This document shows, in pieces, positions 11,968 to 23,903 of a stretch of DNA of 64,000 nucleotides. The notes under the pieces were generated by a model. It had not been told where the DNA came from, searched no databases, and was given only the letters and a program-made list of their open reading frames with translations. The stretch is taken from the NCBI RefSeq assembly GCF_009914755.1, contig NC_060940.1; one strand, written 5' to 3'. A program made the position numbers and the translations under genes. The DNA is from the human T2T-CHM13v2.0 reference genome, Homo sapiens. Every line of letters begins with the position of its first letter. Positions within the stretch are counted from its first letter, which is position 1.

Positions 11968-12654
11968 CAACCTGAAAAAAATAACACTGATAGAGTAAAA
12001 AATATGACAAGGAAGTTGTAGAAGGTGAGGACAGAAGGTTATGCTGTGGAAAATAATAGTGTATAAAATGGGGAAGGTATCTGGTCTACTTCATGACATC
12101 AGGTTAGAGTTCAGACTCAACTCTTGAGGGAGAAGTTGTGCTATACATCTTTTGATATCTCCTGCATCTAACACAGTGCTTAACATGTAGAAAGCTTCCA
12201 ATAAAATATTAAAGATGGAATGAGGTCACATGCACAATGGCATTTTGACGAACACAAAGCATGCACGACATCATGCGATTATTAATATTGATGAGGAAAG
12301 AGTATTCAAAGGAAATTTCCATAGGATTCCTGAGAGATGAATAATAAATTGAGGGTCTCTGGCAATCGTTAACATTGTTGTCAAAGTTCAACAGGCATTT
12401 CCTTCTCAAAAACAATGAAGGGAAACCCATTCTACTGGTTCCTGCTACAACTGGGGATATTATGCCAAAAGGGCAAGAGGAATAGAGGTTCCTATGTGGC
12501 CCTTTTTGAATTTCGGAATTGAGACACACTCTACCCTTCCCCCCCACCCAGTCTCCCCTAATTGAAAAAAAAATAGCAATAGCCTTTAATATAAGCAAAC
12601 AGGAAGTTTTACATTCACCAAATGCTACAGTTCACCTTCCATTGCATGACAGCT

Positions 12655-12830
12655 CAAGCTATGGAATCAGACAGACCTGGGTTCAGGTCCCAGCTCAGCA
12701 ATTTATTAGCTCTGCCACTTTAGACAAGTTACTGAGCTTCTTTGAGCCTTTGTAAGAAGATGAGGCAGCAAAAGCAACACCTATCTCATACAACTTATGA
12801 GGATGATGGAAGTGATGAATAGGAAACCTA
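12655..12830 (+). mobile_element. MIR
   Basis: ggaatcagacagacctgggttcaggtcccagctc...caagttact. Confidence 0.7.
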
Positions 12831-14529
12831 ATTACCCACATGTAAATACCAGCTTGGAGACAAAATGATCTCATTTCAAGGAGACATCAAAAGCCAATGA
12901 GACAATTTCTGTTGAGTTGAAAATCCCACAAAGATTTCATCCACGTTGTAAATTGGTACTTGATATTAATCTATTTTTTGACTCCTCCTAAGTGCAGTGT
13001 TGCCTTCACACGTAGCTGCGTCTCTCAGCAGGGTGATCCATATCCACAGATTGCCCACAGCTGTCTCAACCACATGAAAGACCCAGACACTCCCAAATGA
13101 CCCACTGGCACAAGGTAGCCATTCATCAAATGCTAGAAGCTCAGCACCAGACACAATGAAAGGTTAGCGCTCGGTTTTTATTGCGTCGGTATTAGCTTTC
13201 CCTGTCTGCAGCCATTTGATTGGTACAAAGCTTTACACTGTTTACAAATGTTTTAGAGTCCTGGCCTTTTCTTCTTATTGACTTTTACATACTCACATCA
13301 TTAATCTTTAATTTTCATTGGAAACTACATCCAGCAATCAAAATGAAATGCTGCCTTCTGCCATGTGCCTCAAAAGTCCTGATGAATTGCACACCACTAA
13401 AGAGTCTAGGTAGAGTACAGTGTGTTGGGAGGAGAATTGCCATTACTCATTCTATGCAAAAGTTGAAACTGTTATTTTTGTGACACCGCATGTGCACTTG
13501 ATACCAGCCACGTATTTTCTAGCATACAGTGAGCATTTCATACAGAGCAGTGGTTTTTATTGGCTATGGTTATCTCCATAACTGATATCCTTGAGAAAAA
13601 CAATTGATATTTATCAAAGATAGGAAGTAACTTCTGAAGTAAATAACATTCTTTGTCAGTGATAACTGTTACAGAAATAGCAGAGCAATGAAAGAAGTAG
13701 CAGTGTCACTATATAATCCAAGCTTGAGAGTGCTGAACAAGGGTGTAATGCAATTTGCCATTTTGCTTACTGATGTCACATATAAATGGGGAAGACACAG
13801 TGGCATACTTTTGAGAAAAAGGAATTGTTTTCAGATTTCTTTCAAATAATTTCCAAGATCAGCATTGTCAAGTGCAACAATCTGTAATGATGGAAAAGTT
13901 GCATAACAGCAAAAAGCTGGCATGCATCTGTGTCATTAAAAACTCAGTATGATTTAACAAATTTTAGCTAAGATTTAAAAATACCGTGTTATGTGATGTG
14001 GATATGCCAGACATTACTTAGTTACTCCCCTACTTTTTCTTATTATAGTTATTTTTCATTTTTTTATTGTAAATATTTTCATAATGTCAATCAAAGAGTA
14101 CTTTTGAGATCCAATGATATATACTGAAACTTTGAGAAGCTAGTTATGCCATTAGGAATCCCAGTCTCTTAAGAGTTTTGCTTACCATTTAAGACGAATC
14201 TGAAAGAAACAGTCAATCAACATTGCATTAATCCATTAATGAATATAATTATATGGATGTAACTGAGACAGGATTTTCAATACACAAAACGTGTGCTGTT
14301 AAGAAATAGATAAAAAGGAAGCCTATAAAGATTTTACCACAAGTTGCAATAGTTCCTTGCTATCAAATTTTTGGATTGGTTTATAAAACTTTATGTTCAA
14401 TACTTCCTGTTTAATTCATGAAGCACATTCTGGCCAATATGGGTGAAACCACAGAGAAAGAAAAGTAAACAAGTATACTTAGGATAATTCATGGTAATTG
14501 CTCTTATGAAAGAGATTATGAATCATTTT

Positions 14530-15740
14530 ATCTCTACAAATTTGATGCATTTCCAAGCATTCTGGTGTGGCACAAGAATATTACAGATTCAATTCCTCAA
14601 TTCCCAAGCACTTCCTGTTTCCCAAGCCTTCTGATGTGGTACAAGAATATTAAAGACTCATTTCCTAATTTTGATAAAGTTACAGTGTGGCTGGGAGGCA
14701 AGACATGCACAAAGATACTAAACATAAGTTTACATAAGTTATGTCAAAGTAAATGCTTTGAAAGAAAAGGTGAAATCTCCATGACTGGGATGTCAGGATA
14801 ATGCCATAAGGGAGCGGATGAAAATTTGTCTTTGAGGAATGCAGTAAGCCTCATAAAATCATCATAAAGAAGAATGGAAAATAAAGACTCCTGGTGTGTC
14901 TGCGAAATAATTAGAGGACTAATCTGTGTAGAGGAAATACATTTATTGGAGGCAGGTGAGGTAAGGTAAAAGAAGGCAAAGACACTGGCTGCAGTTTGAA
15001 TCTTCAGGGCTTTATTCTACACCCAATAGAGATGTCATTTAACAACGTAATGACTTACAAAGATTCTTGCTTTCAGATATTGGTCCGAGCATGATGTGAT
15101 CAGGGGAAAGAACGGTGGGGACAGGAAGATCACTTTAGGGAGCCATCTTGCACATTTGGAATAAGAGGAGAATACAGGAGAATAAAATATGAACTCAATG
15201 ACATCAGCAGAAATAAAAATTCTTTCAGAGGGATACTGAAGAAGCATGATTAACAGACTTTTGAGGTTATATGGATATTGTCAAAGAGGCAATGCATCAT
15301 AAAAAACCACCCTAAAATTGTAAACTCAGTTGTTGGAAGAACTTATGATATGACCACTGAGAAAAAGAGAAGTTAAAGAAAAGTATTAATTTAGGAATGG
15401 CAGAGACCAGATGATATATGAGTCTGGTTTAAGACATGCTGAATTGAATCTATTGATATATTACTAGATGGAGGGACTTAGAGGATGGTTAAAAATATTT
15501 GGCTGAAGCTCAGGAAAGAGATTGGACACTGGGAGTCCCCTGTTGGACAGCTGAAGCTATAACATTAGATGAGCTCACCAAGGGAGAGGTGTTATGCAAA
15601 GAAGATTGCAATCCTGGGACCAAGACTTAAGGAATGTCCACACATAAAGACAGGAGACAAAGAAGTTGGTGTTAAAGAGAAAGAAACAACCAGAAAGACA
15701 GGATGGGAATTGATGTCTTGGAAAAGTATGGGATCCCGAG
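14530..15740 (-). mobile_element. L2 LINE remnant
   Basis: Purine-rich antisense L2 motifs, e.g. ggaagatcactttaggg, gagtctggtttaagacatgctgaattga, ggctgaagctcaggaaagag. Confidence 0.6.
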
Positions 15741-15888
15741 ATAGTTACCTTTGAGGACTACTCAGAGTTCTGAAACATATTTTAGCCACAGGACCTTTTT
15801 GTCAAGTGAAAAATCTGTGAGAAACCTGAGAATAGCAGAACTGCTCCAGTACGAGATGGGTTGGAGACTTGAAGAACTGATGTTTCAG

Positions 15889-16155
15889 TAGGGCATGGTG
15901 GCTCACACCTGTAATCGCAGCACTCTGGGAGGCTGACACAGGAGGATCATTTGAGTCCAGGAGTTCAAGACCAGCCTGGGTGACATGGCAAAACCCCATC
16001 TCTACAAAAAAATACAAAAATTAGCTGGGTATGGTAGCACATGCCTGTTGTCCTAGCTACTCGGGAGGCTGAGGTAGAAGGACTGATTTAGCCCTGGGAG
16101 GTTGAAGCTGCAGTGAGCCATGATCAGGCTGACAGAGCAAGACCCTGTCTCAAAA
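15889..16155 (+). mobile_element. AluJ with deletion near the 3' end
   Basis: Both arms present; tgatcaggctgacagagcaagaccctgtctcaaaa lacks the ccactgcactccagcct segment. Confidence 0.93.
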
Positions 16156-16636
16156 GCAGATGAAAATCAAACTGTCATCTCAGCCCTCCCATCTCCAACC
16201 TGACCCCCACCCCAAGCATTCACCGCTACTAAGGGAGTGCTGGTTGACAAAGACTCCATAAAACAGAGCTTGAAAATCGTTGACTTTTGATTCTTTTTAT
16301 TTTAAAGATGAGGAAACTGGAACACCGTGAGGAAAAGTGAAGAGATTATCAGTGACAGAATCATGAGTTTCATCCCCTGATTTCTGGTCTGTTAGTCTTT
16401 AATTAGCAACAATGCTTCTTACAGTGCCCAGAAACCTGAGAGAGAAGAGAGGTTCAGGGAGGAAGGATGGTGGCCTGTGTACAGAGTACACGGGGGATGA
16501 GGGAGTCCTAGAGGTGCTCCCAGCCCAACACAGACAGACAGCTGCTCGATCCTCCATCCCTATTCCAGGAATACACCTATCAATCACTTTCTGCAGGTCG
16601 CAGGAGATAATTTATTTTCTATATACCACTTTATAC

Positions 16637-16929
16637 TTTTTTTTTTTTGAGATGAATCTCATTCTGTTGCCCAGGTTGGAGTGCAGTGGCTTGATCTCAT
16701 CTCACTGCAACCTCTGCCTCCCAGGTTGAAGCGATTCTCCTGCCTCAGCCTCCTGAGTACCTGGGATTACAGGCACCTGTTACCACACCCAACACATTTT
16801 TGTATTTTTAGTAGAGATGGGGTTTCACCATGCTGACCAGGCTGGTCACAAACTCCTGGCCTCAAATGATAGGCCCACCTCGGCCTCCCAAAGTGCTGGG
16901 ATTACAGGTGTAAGCCACTCCACCCAGCC
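16637..16929 (-). mobile_element. AluS/Jb, full length with 14-bp TSD
   Basis: TSD cactttatactttt at 16627-16640 and 16930-16943. Confidence 0.96.
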
Positions 16930-17544
16930 CACTTTATACTTTTCAAAGTATTGTCACATCCAACATCTTTTTTTATCATCACAATAATCATGGGAAGGGG
17001 ACAAGTTGGGCAGGTAATACTACAGTATTCACAATGTACACAACGCCTCAGAGACATTAACTAACTTGACCAACTCACTCCAGCACCAGGATTAGAACTC
17101 CAGTGGCTCCCCACGAATAAAACAAGGCAGCTATTTGGGTTACAGAATCAGCACAAATAGCAGAAGGTTTTGTGTCTCACCTAAATCAATAACTAAGGAT
17201 TTCTGTTTCCAGGTAACATGAAGAAACACACTCGATTCTGCCTCTCCCATTGAATAGAGCAATAAAACATGGACACAACACACAAAGCAGCTATTTGAGG
17301 ACTCTGAGAAGGAAATGGCAGCACACAGATTGGGGGAGAAGACCAGAATTTGAAATGCTGCTGAACCACAGGTGGGTTTTTCAATCTTCTTTCCTCTAGT
17401 ATATCTTGGCCTGAACTTAAACACCAGACCTGGTAGTGGGCAACAGTGCAGAGACAGATGAGAAAACTGTAGGAGAAGCCATGAGGACCTGAGAAGGGAA
17501 CTCCTACCTCCAAAAGAAACTATAGAAATCCCCATTTGGTTTTC

Positions 17545-17720
17545 TCTTTTTTCTATTTTTTAGCTGACACATAAAAAGCTGTACATTTCAGTGTAAACAT
17601 CTTAATGAGTTTGGGGAAAGTAAACACCCATGAAACCATCACCACCATCAAGGCCATCAACATATTTATGACCTCCTCAAATTTTCTACTCTCCCTTTGT
17701 TATTATTACTAAGATTGTTT
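17545..17720 (-). mobile_element. L1MA/MB 3'-end fragment nested in the L1M 5'UTR
   Basis: ctgtacatttcagtgtaaacatcttaatgagttt...cccatgaaaccatcaccaccatcaag. Confidence 0.65.
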
Positions 17721-19049
17721 TTTCATAAAAATCAATTTTGCGAGGGTGGCAGAAGAGCTCCAATAACAGGCACTCACAGAAGCCAAAACTCTATGGGAGA
17801 GAAATTTCTGTTTTCTGGACTTGTGATCCCAAGAGATTGAGGGAAAACCTCCATTTTTCTCTCTGTATCCCCACCACTGGCAACCAACCCACCAGAGTGG
17901 GATAATCGATTTCTAGTTTTGTAATCAGAAGGCCAAAAAGAGGAACTTCCAGGAAACAGAAAATATTAAAGGCATGAAATAAAGTAGAACTCAAGAAAAC
18001 AAACCCATAAATGTGTTTATGAACATTTGGGCTCATTCTCTTACAGTGCATGTACAGATCTGATCCTACTCAGCCTACTACATAGATACATTGTTCAATG
18101 AACAAACTACCTTCCAGGATCCAGACTGGCCACTAGATGGAGCACATGCAGGGCAGATCCAAATAGCACTGAAAAGTGTTTGAAAACTGGACAAATGTTG
18201 GAATCATAACCCATAGAATGTCAGGTAGAACTTGGGGCCTGGCCTCAGACAGCCCAACTGACTGCTAAAAGAAAAATATCAACATCCTTCACAGGATTTT
18301 AGAAAGACCCAGAGTCTATTATCACTACATTTAAAATGTTCAGGATACAATCTAAAATTACTCCAACAAATGAAAAATCAAGAAAGGCTAAACTCAAATG
18401 GTAAGAGATAATCAATGGACATCAACACAAATATAATACAAATGTTGAAATTATCTGAGAAAGCCTTTAAAATATAGTATAAAAATACAGTTGGTTGAGC
18501 AAGCAACTCTAAATGCTTTTGAAACCAAAGGAAAGAGAGAAAGTCTCAGCAAAGACATAGAGGATATACAGAAGAATCAAGTCAGTATCTTAGAACTGAA
18601 AAGCACAACTGCGATTTAAAAAAAAAAAACAACCCTCACTGAATGGGCTTAATAGAATGAAGATAACAGAAGAAAGAGTCAGTGAACTTGAAGATAGAGC
18701 AAAAAAACTTACCCAATCTAAAAAGAAAGAAAAAGATTGAAAAACTTTAATAGAGCCTCATGGATCTACGTGATAATAAATGTTTTAACATTCATGTGAC
18801 TGAAATCCCGGAAATAGAAAGAATACAGTACTGAAAAAATATTTGAAGATTACAAGTTGAAAACTTCCCAAATTTGGTGAAAGACATAAACCTACAGATT
18901 CAAGAAGCTGAGTAATTCCCAAACAGGACAAACCAAAATAAATCCACACCAAGACACATCTTACTCAGTTAAAAACTAAGGAAAAAGAATAAAGTCATTA
19001 TCCATAGAGACACAGCAATTGAAATTACTGCAGATTTGTCACTAGTAAC

Positions 19050-20252
19050 TGATAGTTACAGGAGGCAGCTCAATGCCTAGGCAGAAAGGGGCAGATCCCT
19101 GTTGAAACCCCACCTCCAAGGCAAAGACAATTTAAAGCCTGAAAGCCAAGCTACAGGTTAAATCCTCAGACCAGATTGAGAACTTGTCTTCCCATTTGGC
19201 ATACTTTCCTCTGGTCGATCCCCACCCTTTACCTATTTTACGTTTTCCTACCCTTTCCTAATTGGTTTTCTACACTGTTGTGCCCACCTTTGAGTGGTGT
19301 CTTCATTTTAATCTTTTGCATACAAACCACTCAGCATGCACTCCCCATTCTGAGTCCATAAAAAGCCCTTGACCCAGCACTTTGGCAGGCCAAGGTGGGT
19401 GGATCACTTGAGGTCAGGAATTCAAGACCAGGTTGGCCAACATGGCAAAACCCCATCTCTACTAAAAATATAAAAATATTAGTCGGGCGTGATGGTACAC
19501 ACCTGTAGTCCCAGCTGCTCCAGAGGCTGAGGCAGGAGAATTGCTTAAACCTGGGAAGCAGAGGTTGCTGTGAGCCAAGATGGCACCACTGTACTCCAGC
19601 CTGGATGACAGAGCAAGGCCCTGTCGAAAAATAATAATAATAATAATAAGCCTCTGACCCAGAAACACAGAGAGGGAGGAATCACCTGACTGCAGGGGTG
19701 GGGAACAACCACCCCCCTCCCCCACAAACTCCTCTCTCTCATGAGAGCCATTTCATTGCTCAATAAAATCTTACATTCTCATCACCTTTTAATCATCAAC
19801 ATGACCTCATTCTTCTTGGACTCTGGACTAGAGCTTGGGACACACTGAGCTCAGGTACTCTGAAAGGCTGTAGCACTGGCCCTTTGGCCTCGCTGGTGGA
19901 GGGCAGCACCTCATATAACAGGGCAAGGGGCTGACCGAGCTGTTAACACACTGCTGTCCATCAGGCTGTGGACAGTGGAACTAAAAGAGCTAAAGAGCAC
20001 ACTAACGCTGCTGCTTTGGGGTCACCGGCACCTCTGCCTGGGCACCGCCATGTTCCCCTGGAGGTAACACATCTGATCTGGCCGTGGGCTGACAAGGAAT
20101 TTGCTCCTGTGTTGGCACTCAGAGTGGCTGGATGAATCCTGTACTCATGAGCTCATGTGCTCCCTCCCGCAAGGGGCTGAGCGTGATGGGTCGAGTTGAT
20201 GGGATGTCCCTGCTGTGAGCCCAACAAAGGGGCCGAGAAAAATCCTGTTTCA
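19050..20252 (+). mobile_element. ERV1-class solo LTR (LTR27/LTR28/LTR1 group)
   Basis: TGATAGTTACAGGAGGCAG...AAAATCCTGTTTCA termini, AATAAA at about 19762, and 4-bp TSD taac/aaac. Confidence 0.88.
19373..19648 (+). mobile_element. AluS, 5'-truncated, inside the LTR
   Basis: Begins cccagcactttgg, (TAA)n tail. TSD aagcccttgacccag / aagcctctgacccag. Confidence 0.95.
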
Positions 20253-20947
20253 AAACTATGGGCCCAGAGGGTAGTTGCACACTATTCTTAAAGTGTTGAA
20301 ATGAAAGAACTGTCAACACAAACTCTACATCCAGAAAAAATATCCTTCAGAAATAAAGTTGAAATAAGGACATGCTCAGATGAAGAAAAACTAAGAAAAA
20401 TCGTTTACAACAGATCTGCCCTCACCAAATTGCTAAAGCAAGCTCCTCAAGAGGAAGGAAAATGATACCAGATAGAAATTTTAAACATCAGCAATAAAGA
20501 GCAAATGAAAGAGTAAATAGACCATTCTTCGCTTGAGAAAAAAGATGGAAAGCAAAAATTAAACACCGTTTACTGGGGTTTTCAATATACATAGATGTAC
20601 TGGATGAAAAATTATAACCTAAAGGGAAGTAAAGAGATGCTTATAGGAGTGTTGATATTCCACTGGAAATGGTAAAATGTTGAATTTCAGTAGACAGTTA
20701 AAAAGCTAAATATGTAATTATAAACCTCAGGGCAACTACTTAAAAACCAGACAAAAATATATGGTTAAAACACAGTAGATTTTTTTAAAATGTTTAAATA
20801 ACCCAAAAGTAAACAGCAGAGAAGGAAATAGAGGATGGAAACAAGACGGGCATGGCCCCTACTTCCAAGACAATTTAAAAAGCTGATCAATATTTACATT
20901 TTAGGATAAAACTCCTGAAGGAAAATATGAAGCAGAGCAAGCACTGT

Positions 20948-21650
20948 TGTAACTGCCTGGCAGAGTCTTCCTGTCTGCTGCACAAATAAAGACCACAGCA
21001 TTGCAGTAAAGAGTTTAATTGACGCAAGGCCAACCATGCCACATGGGAGATGGAGTTATTACTCAAATCAGTTTCACGTCAGGCTCATAGTTTAGGGGTT
21101 TTACAAAGCAGTTTGTACGAAGGGGTGGGGGTGTTCAGGTAATGGGTGCTTGCTGATGATCAGGTGGGGTAAAAATAAAATCACAGGGGGTTGAAGGTGT
21201 CTCCCTAAGAGAGTTGCTTCTGAGTGGGGCCACAAGAGGAGTGAGGGAAGGGTAGTTGGGTCCACTTAGAGCCATGTGTATCAGACATGTAAAAAACACC
21301 TGAAAAGATATCTTAAAAGGCCAACCATGTGTTTTACAATAGTGACATTATCTGCAGGACCGCCAGAATAATGGGTGGCAATTGTTTATGTCTACACCTT
21401 AGCAGAATTCAGGTTCCTGTCCTCCCTCTAGCCTGGTGGCATTTCATTAGCTTTACAAAGGTGGTTGTATTTTGGGGGAAGCCTATTATCATTTAACTAT
21501 AACCTAAATGTCTTCCAAAGTTAGCTTCATCTAAGCCCGGGAATAATTAAGACAGCTTGAAAGATAAAGGCAAGAGGGGTGTGAGTTAGATCAGATCTCT
21601 TTAACCATCATAATTTTCTCACTGATATAATTTTTGCAAAGGCAGTTTCA
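20948..21650 (-). mobile_element. LTR8-family (LTR8A/B-like) solo LTR
   Basis: Termini tgtaactgcc... and ...ataatttttgcaaaggcagtttca; perfect 4-bp TSD ctgt at 20944-20947 and 21651-21654. Confidence 0.9.
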
Positions 21651-21654
21651 CTGT

Positions 21655-21960
21655 GACATAGACTAACACTGCTGACCCAGAGTGATCAGGAATGCCTCGA
21701 GGAGGAGATGAGCTTTCAGTTGAGACAAAAAGCAAGTCCAGGGAAGGATATCTCAAGAAGATGGAAGATCTTGAGCAAAATCCCTACAACTGGAAGACTT
21801 GGAAGAACTGAAAGATCATTGCAGCTGGAGTAATGAGCAAGGAGCCTGCTAGGAAGGCAAAAGAGGAGGAAAAAGACTGCATAAGCCCTTGCAGACCATA
21901 GTTACAAGTCTGGAATTTGTTCTAAGTGCAGCGAGAAGCTGCTGAAGTTTTGCATTTGAA
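21655..21960 (-). mobile_element. L2 remnant (host of the LTR8 insertion)
   Basis: gatcaggaatgcctcgaggagg...ggaatttgttctaagtgcagcgagaagc. Confidence 0.5.
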
Positions 21961-22919
21961 AAGAGTTACCCAGAAGAACCCTACCTACCTCCACCCAAAG
22001 TGGGAGATTCCTAGGCAGAGCATGTAAGTTGCTCCCTCAGGGTTTGGTTGAGAATTACACAGCAGAACAAACAAGGAGGTCCCAGGCAAGAGCCAGCTTT
22101 CTCATTTCTTTGACAACTGAATGGTTGGCTTCCCCGGGCAGAAATGTGTATAAATCTGGACTACATCTAACAGTCAGATTCCTTATCTAATAGACGACAA
22201 CCAAAGTTTGATCTTTGGCCTAAGGGGAGAATTGAAAGGTGTTTATGTCTTAGAAATAATCAGAGTCAGACATCTCAAAATTAAAATTCTTTGTCAGCCT
22301 GTCAATATTTACGAATGTGTAAAATTTCCAACAGCCCCATGCCACAATTTCCATGCATTGAAGGTTGAGAGACGTTTGACCTTGAAGATAGCATCTCTTA
22401 GCCTGCACATTTTTCATTTTACAAAGTTTATTTAAAACACTGACCCATCTTCTAGTTAAGTTACCTAAGTTCATCTTTCTCCTTGAAATCAGAGTGAGAT
22501 TTTCTTACAATAGACCTTGCAGGATTAAAAAAGTAAGCTACAGCTTCCCCACACCACCCCAAACAACATGAATTAGTAAACCACGAATACTGTATGCTAC
22601 AGCGAAGCTAGTTTGGAACAAAGGTAAGATTTGATTTCAGAACAAAAGGTTTTTATTCATAGCTTTGACATTAACTTATTATGTGAACTTGGTCAAGTAT
22701 TTTATTTACCTTCAGAGGCTTCTATTTTATTACCTGCAAAATAAAGAGATATTTAAAATAATTTTGTGAAATGCTAACACCACAAACAAGATTGACTGGA
22801 GGCTTACCATAAGCCAGGTTCTTTTGCAGAAGTCCTCTATGTTCTATTTGCTTTGATCCTCACAACCCCCATATGATGTAGCATGGCAGAGATGCCACCT
22901 TTCCTGTTCTCTCTGAGAT

Positions 22920-23240
22920 GTATGGTAAAATGTGGCCCAAAATCCCTTTCCATGAAGGGCTTGTTAGCTCAGTTACTGGTAGTACAGTCAGCAGAAGGCA
23001 TCTGGCTGTCAGTCTCTTCAGGGGTCACCTCCACATCCAAAAGCAGCCTCACCCAAGGTCATGCCCCTTCCCAGGAGGCCTGTACCTAATGACTGATCAA
23101 TGTAAGAACATAAAGGCCCGGCCTTCTTAGCTCCAGAGCAGCTTTAGGGGCCTGTTGAGGCTGCCATGGTCCCTGCATCATAGTTTTTCTCCCTCTGCCA
23201 TCCCCTGCATCACTACTGATCCAATAAACATCACTTCCAG
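22920..23240 (+). mobile_element. LTR33 (ERVL)
   Basis: cccaaggtcatgccccttccc...taatgactgatcaatg...ataaaggcccggcc...caataaacatc. Confidence 0.8.
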
Positions 23241-23264
23241 CTGAAAATTAAAAAGTCATTGTAA

Positions 23265-23317
23265 GTACATACATATGTACATGTATGTATGCATGTTCAT
23301 GCATATGTACATACGTA
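23265..23317. repeat. Alternating purine-pyrimidine (TACA/TATG) low-complexity tract
   Basis: gtacatacatatgtacatgtatgtatgcatg..., near-palindromic. Confidence 0.8.
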
Positions 23318-23319
23318 AG

Positions 23320-23470
23320 GGTCAGGTTCCCTAGAAGCAGAACCTAAGACAAGGATTTAGAAGCATGTGATTAACTGAGGGAGCACTCTTTGAAACAAAG
23401 ATTAGGGAGGGCAAAGTGTTGAACACGGATGCAGCATCTGGTGAAGTCTAGCCTTGGCCTAGCTCATGAG
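23320..23470 (-). mobile_element. ERVL LTR fragment (LTR16/LTR33-like)
   Basis: ggtcaggttccctagaagcagaacctaagacaaggatt...gtgattaactgaggga. Confidence 0.6.
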
Positions 23471-23472
23471 AG

Positions 23473-23614
23473 CAAACCACCATTGCAAAATGTAACTGAG
23501 GCAGTGAAAGAGATCTGACCTAACCAACTCCATCTTTACTCTAACTTCCAAGCTGTCCTTGTTCACTCCTGGGTGTAGGCTGAACTAACTTTGGGAGGAA
23601 CTTAGTTTATAGTT
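23473..23614 (+). mobile_element. LTR8 5' fragment (about 140 bp)
   Basis: ttgcaaaa...cagtgaaagagatctgacctaaccaactccatc...ggctgaactaactttgggaggaacttagtttatagttt. Confidence 0.88.
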
Positions 23615-23615
23615 T

Positions 23616-23676
23616 GTTTTTTGAGATGGAGTCTTACTCTGTTGTCCAGGCTGGAGTGCTGTGACACAATCTCGGT
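23616..23676 (-). mobile_element. Alu 3'-terminal fragment
   Basis: ttttttgagatggagtcttactctgttgtccaggctggagtgc...atctcgg, then an abrupt end. Confidence 0.9.
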
Positions 23677-23903
23677 TTTTTCTGCACAAAGGAGCACATT
23701 CAAGGAGACCAAATGTCCAGTTCTCATGAAGGTCCCAATTTGTGTCACTGTCATCCTTTTTCATTGGGATTACCAGAGAAACACTGGCTCCTATCAAGGT
23801 CTGTACACTCTGTGAAAGCAGGAATATTGTTCCATCCACAGAGATTTTCCTTGAGCCTAAGCAAAATAGTCTAGAAGTGATGGAATAAATATATGTTGAT
23901 GAA

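Larger units (their letters stand above)
17200..20845 (+). mobile_element. Old L1M element (5'UTR, ORF1, inter-ORF), interrupted
   Basis: ORF1 motifs gaagaaagagtcagtgaacttgaagatagag and aaacttcccaaatttggtgaaagacataaacctacagattcaagaagc. Sequence resumes after the LTR at 20253. Confidence 0.85.
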
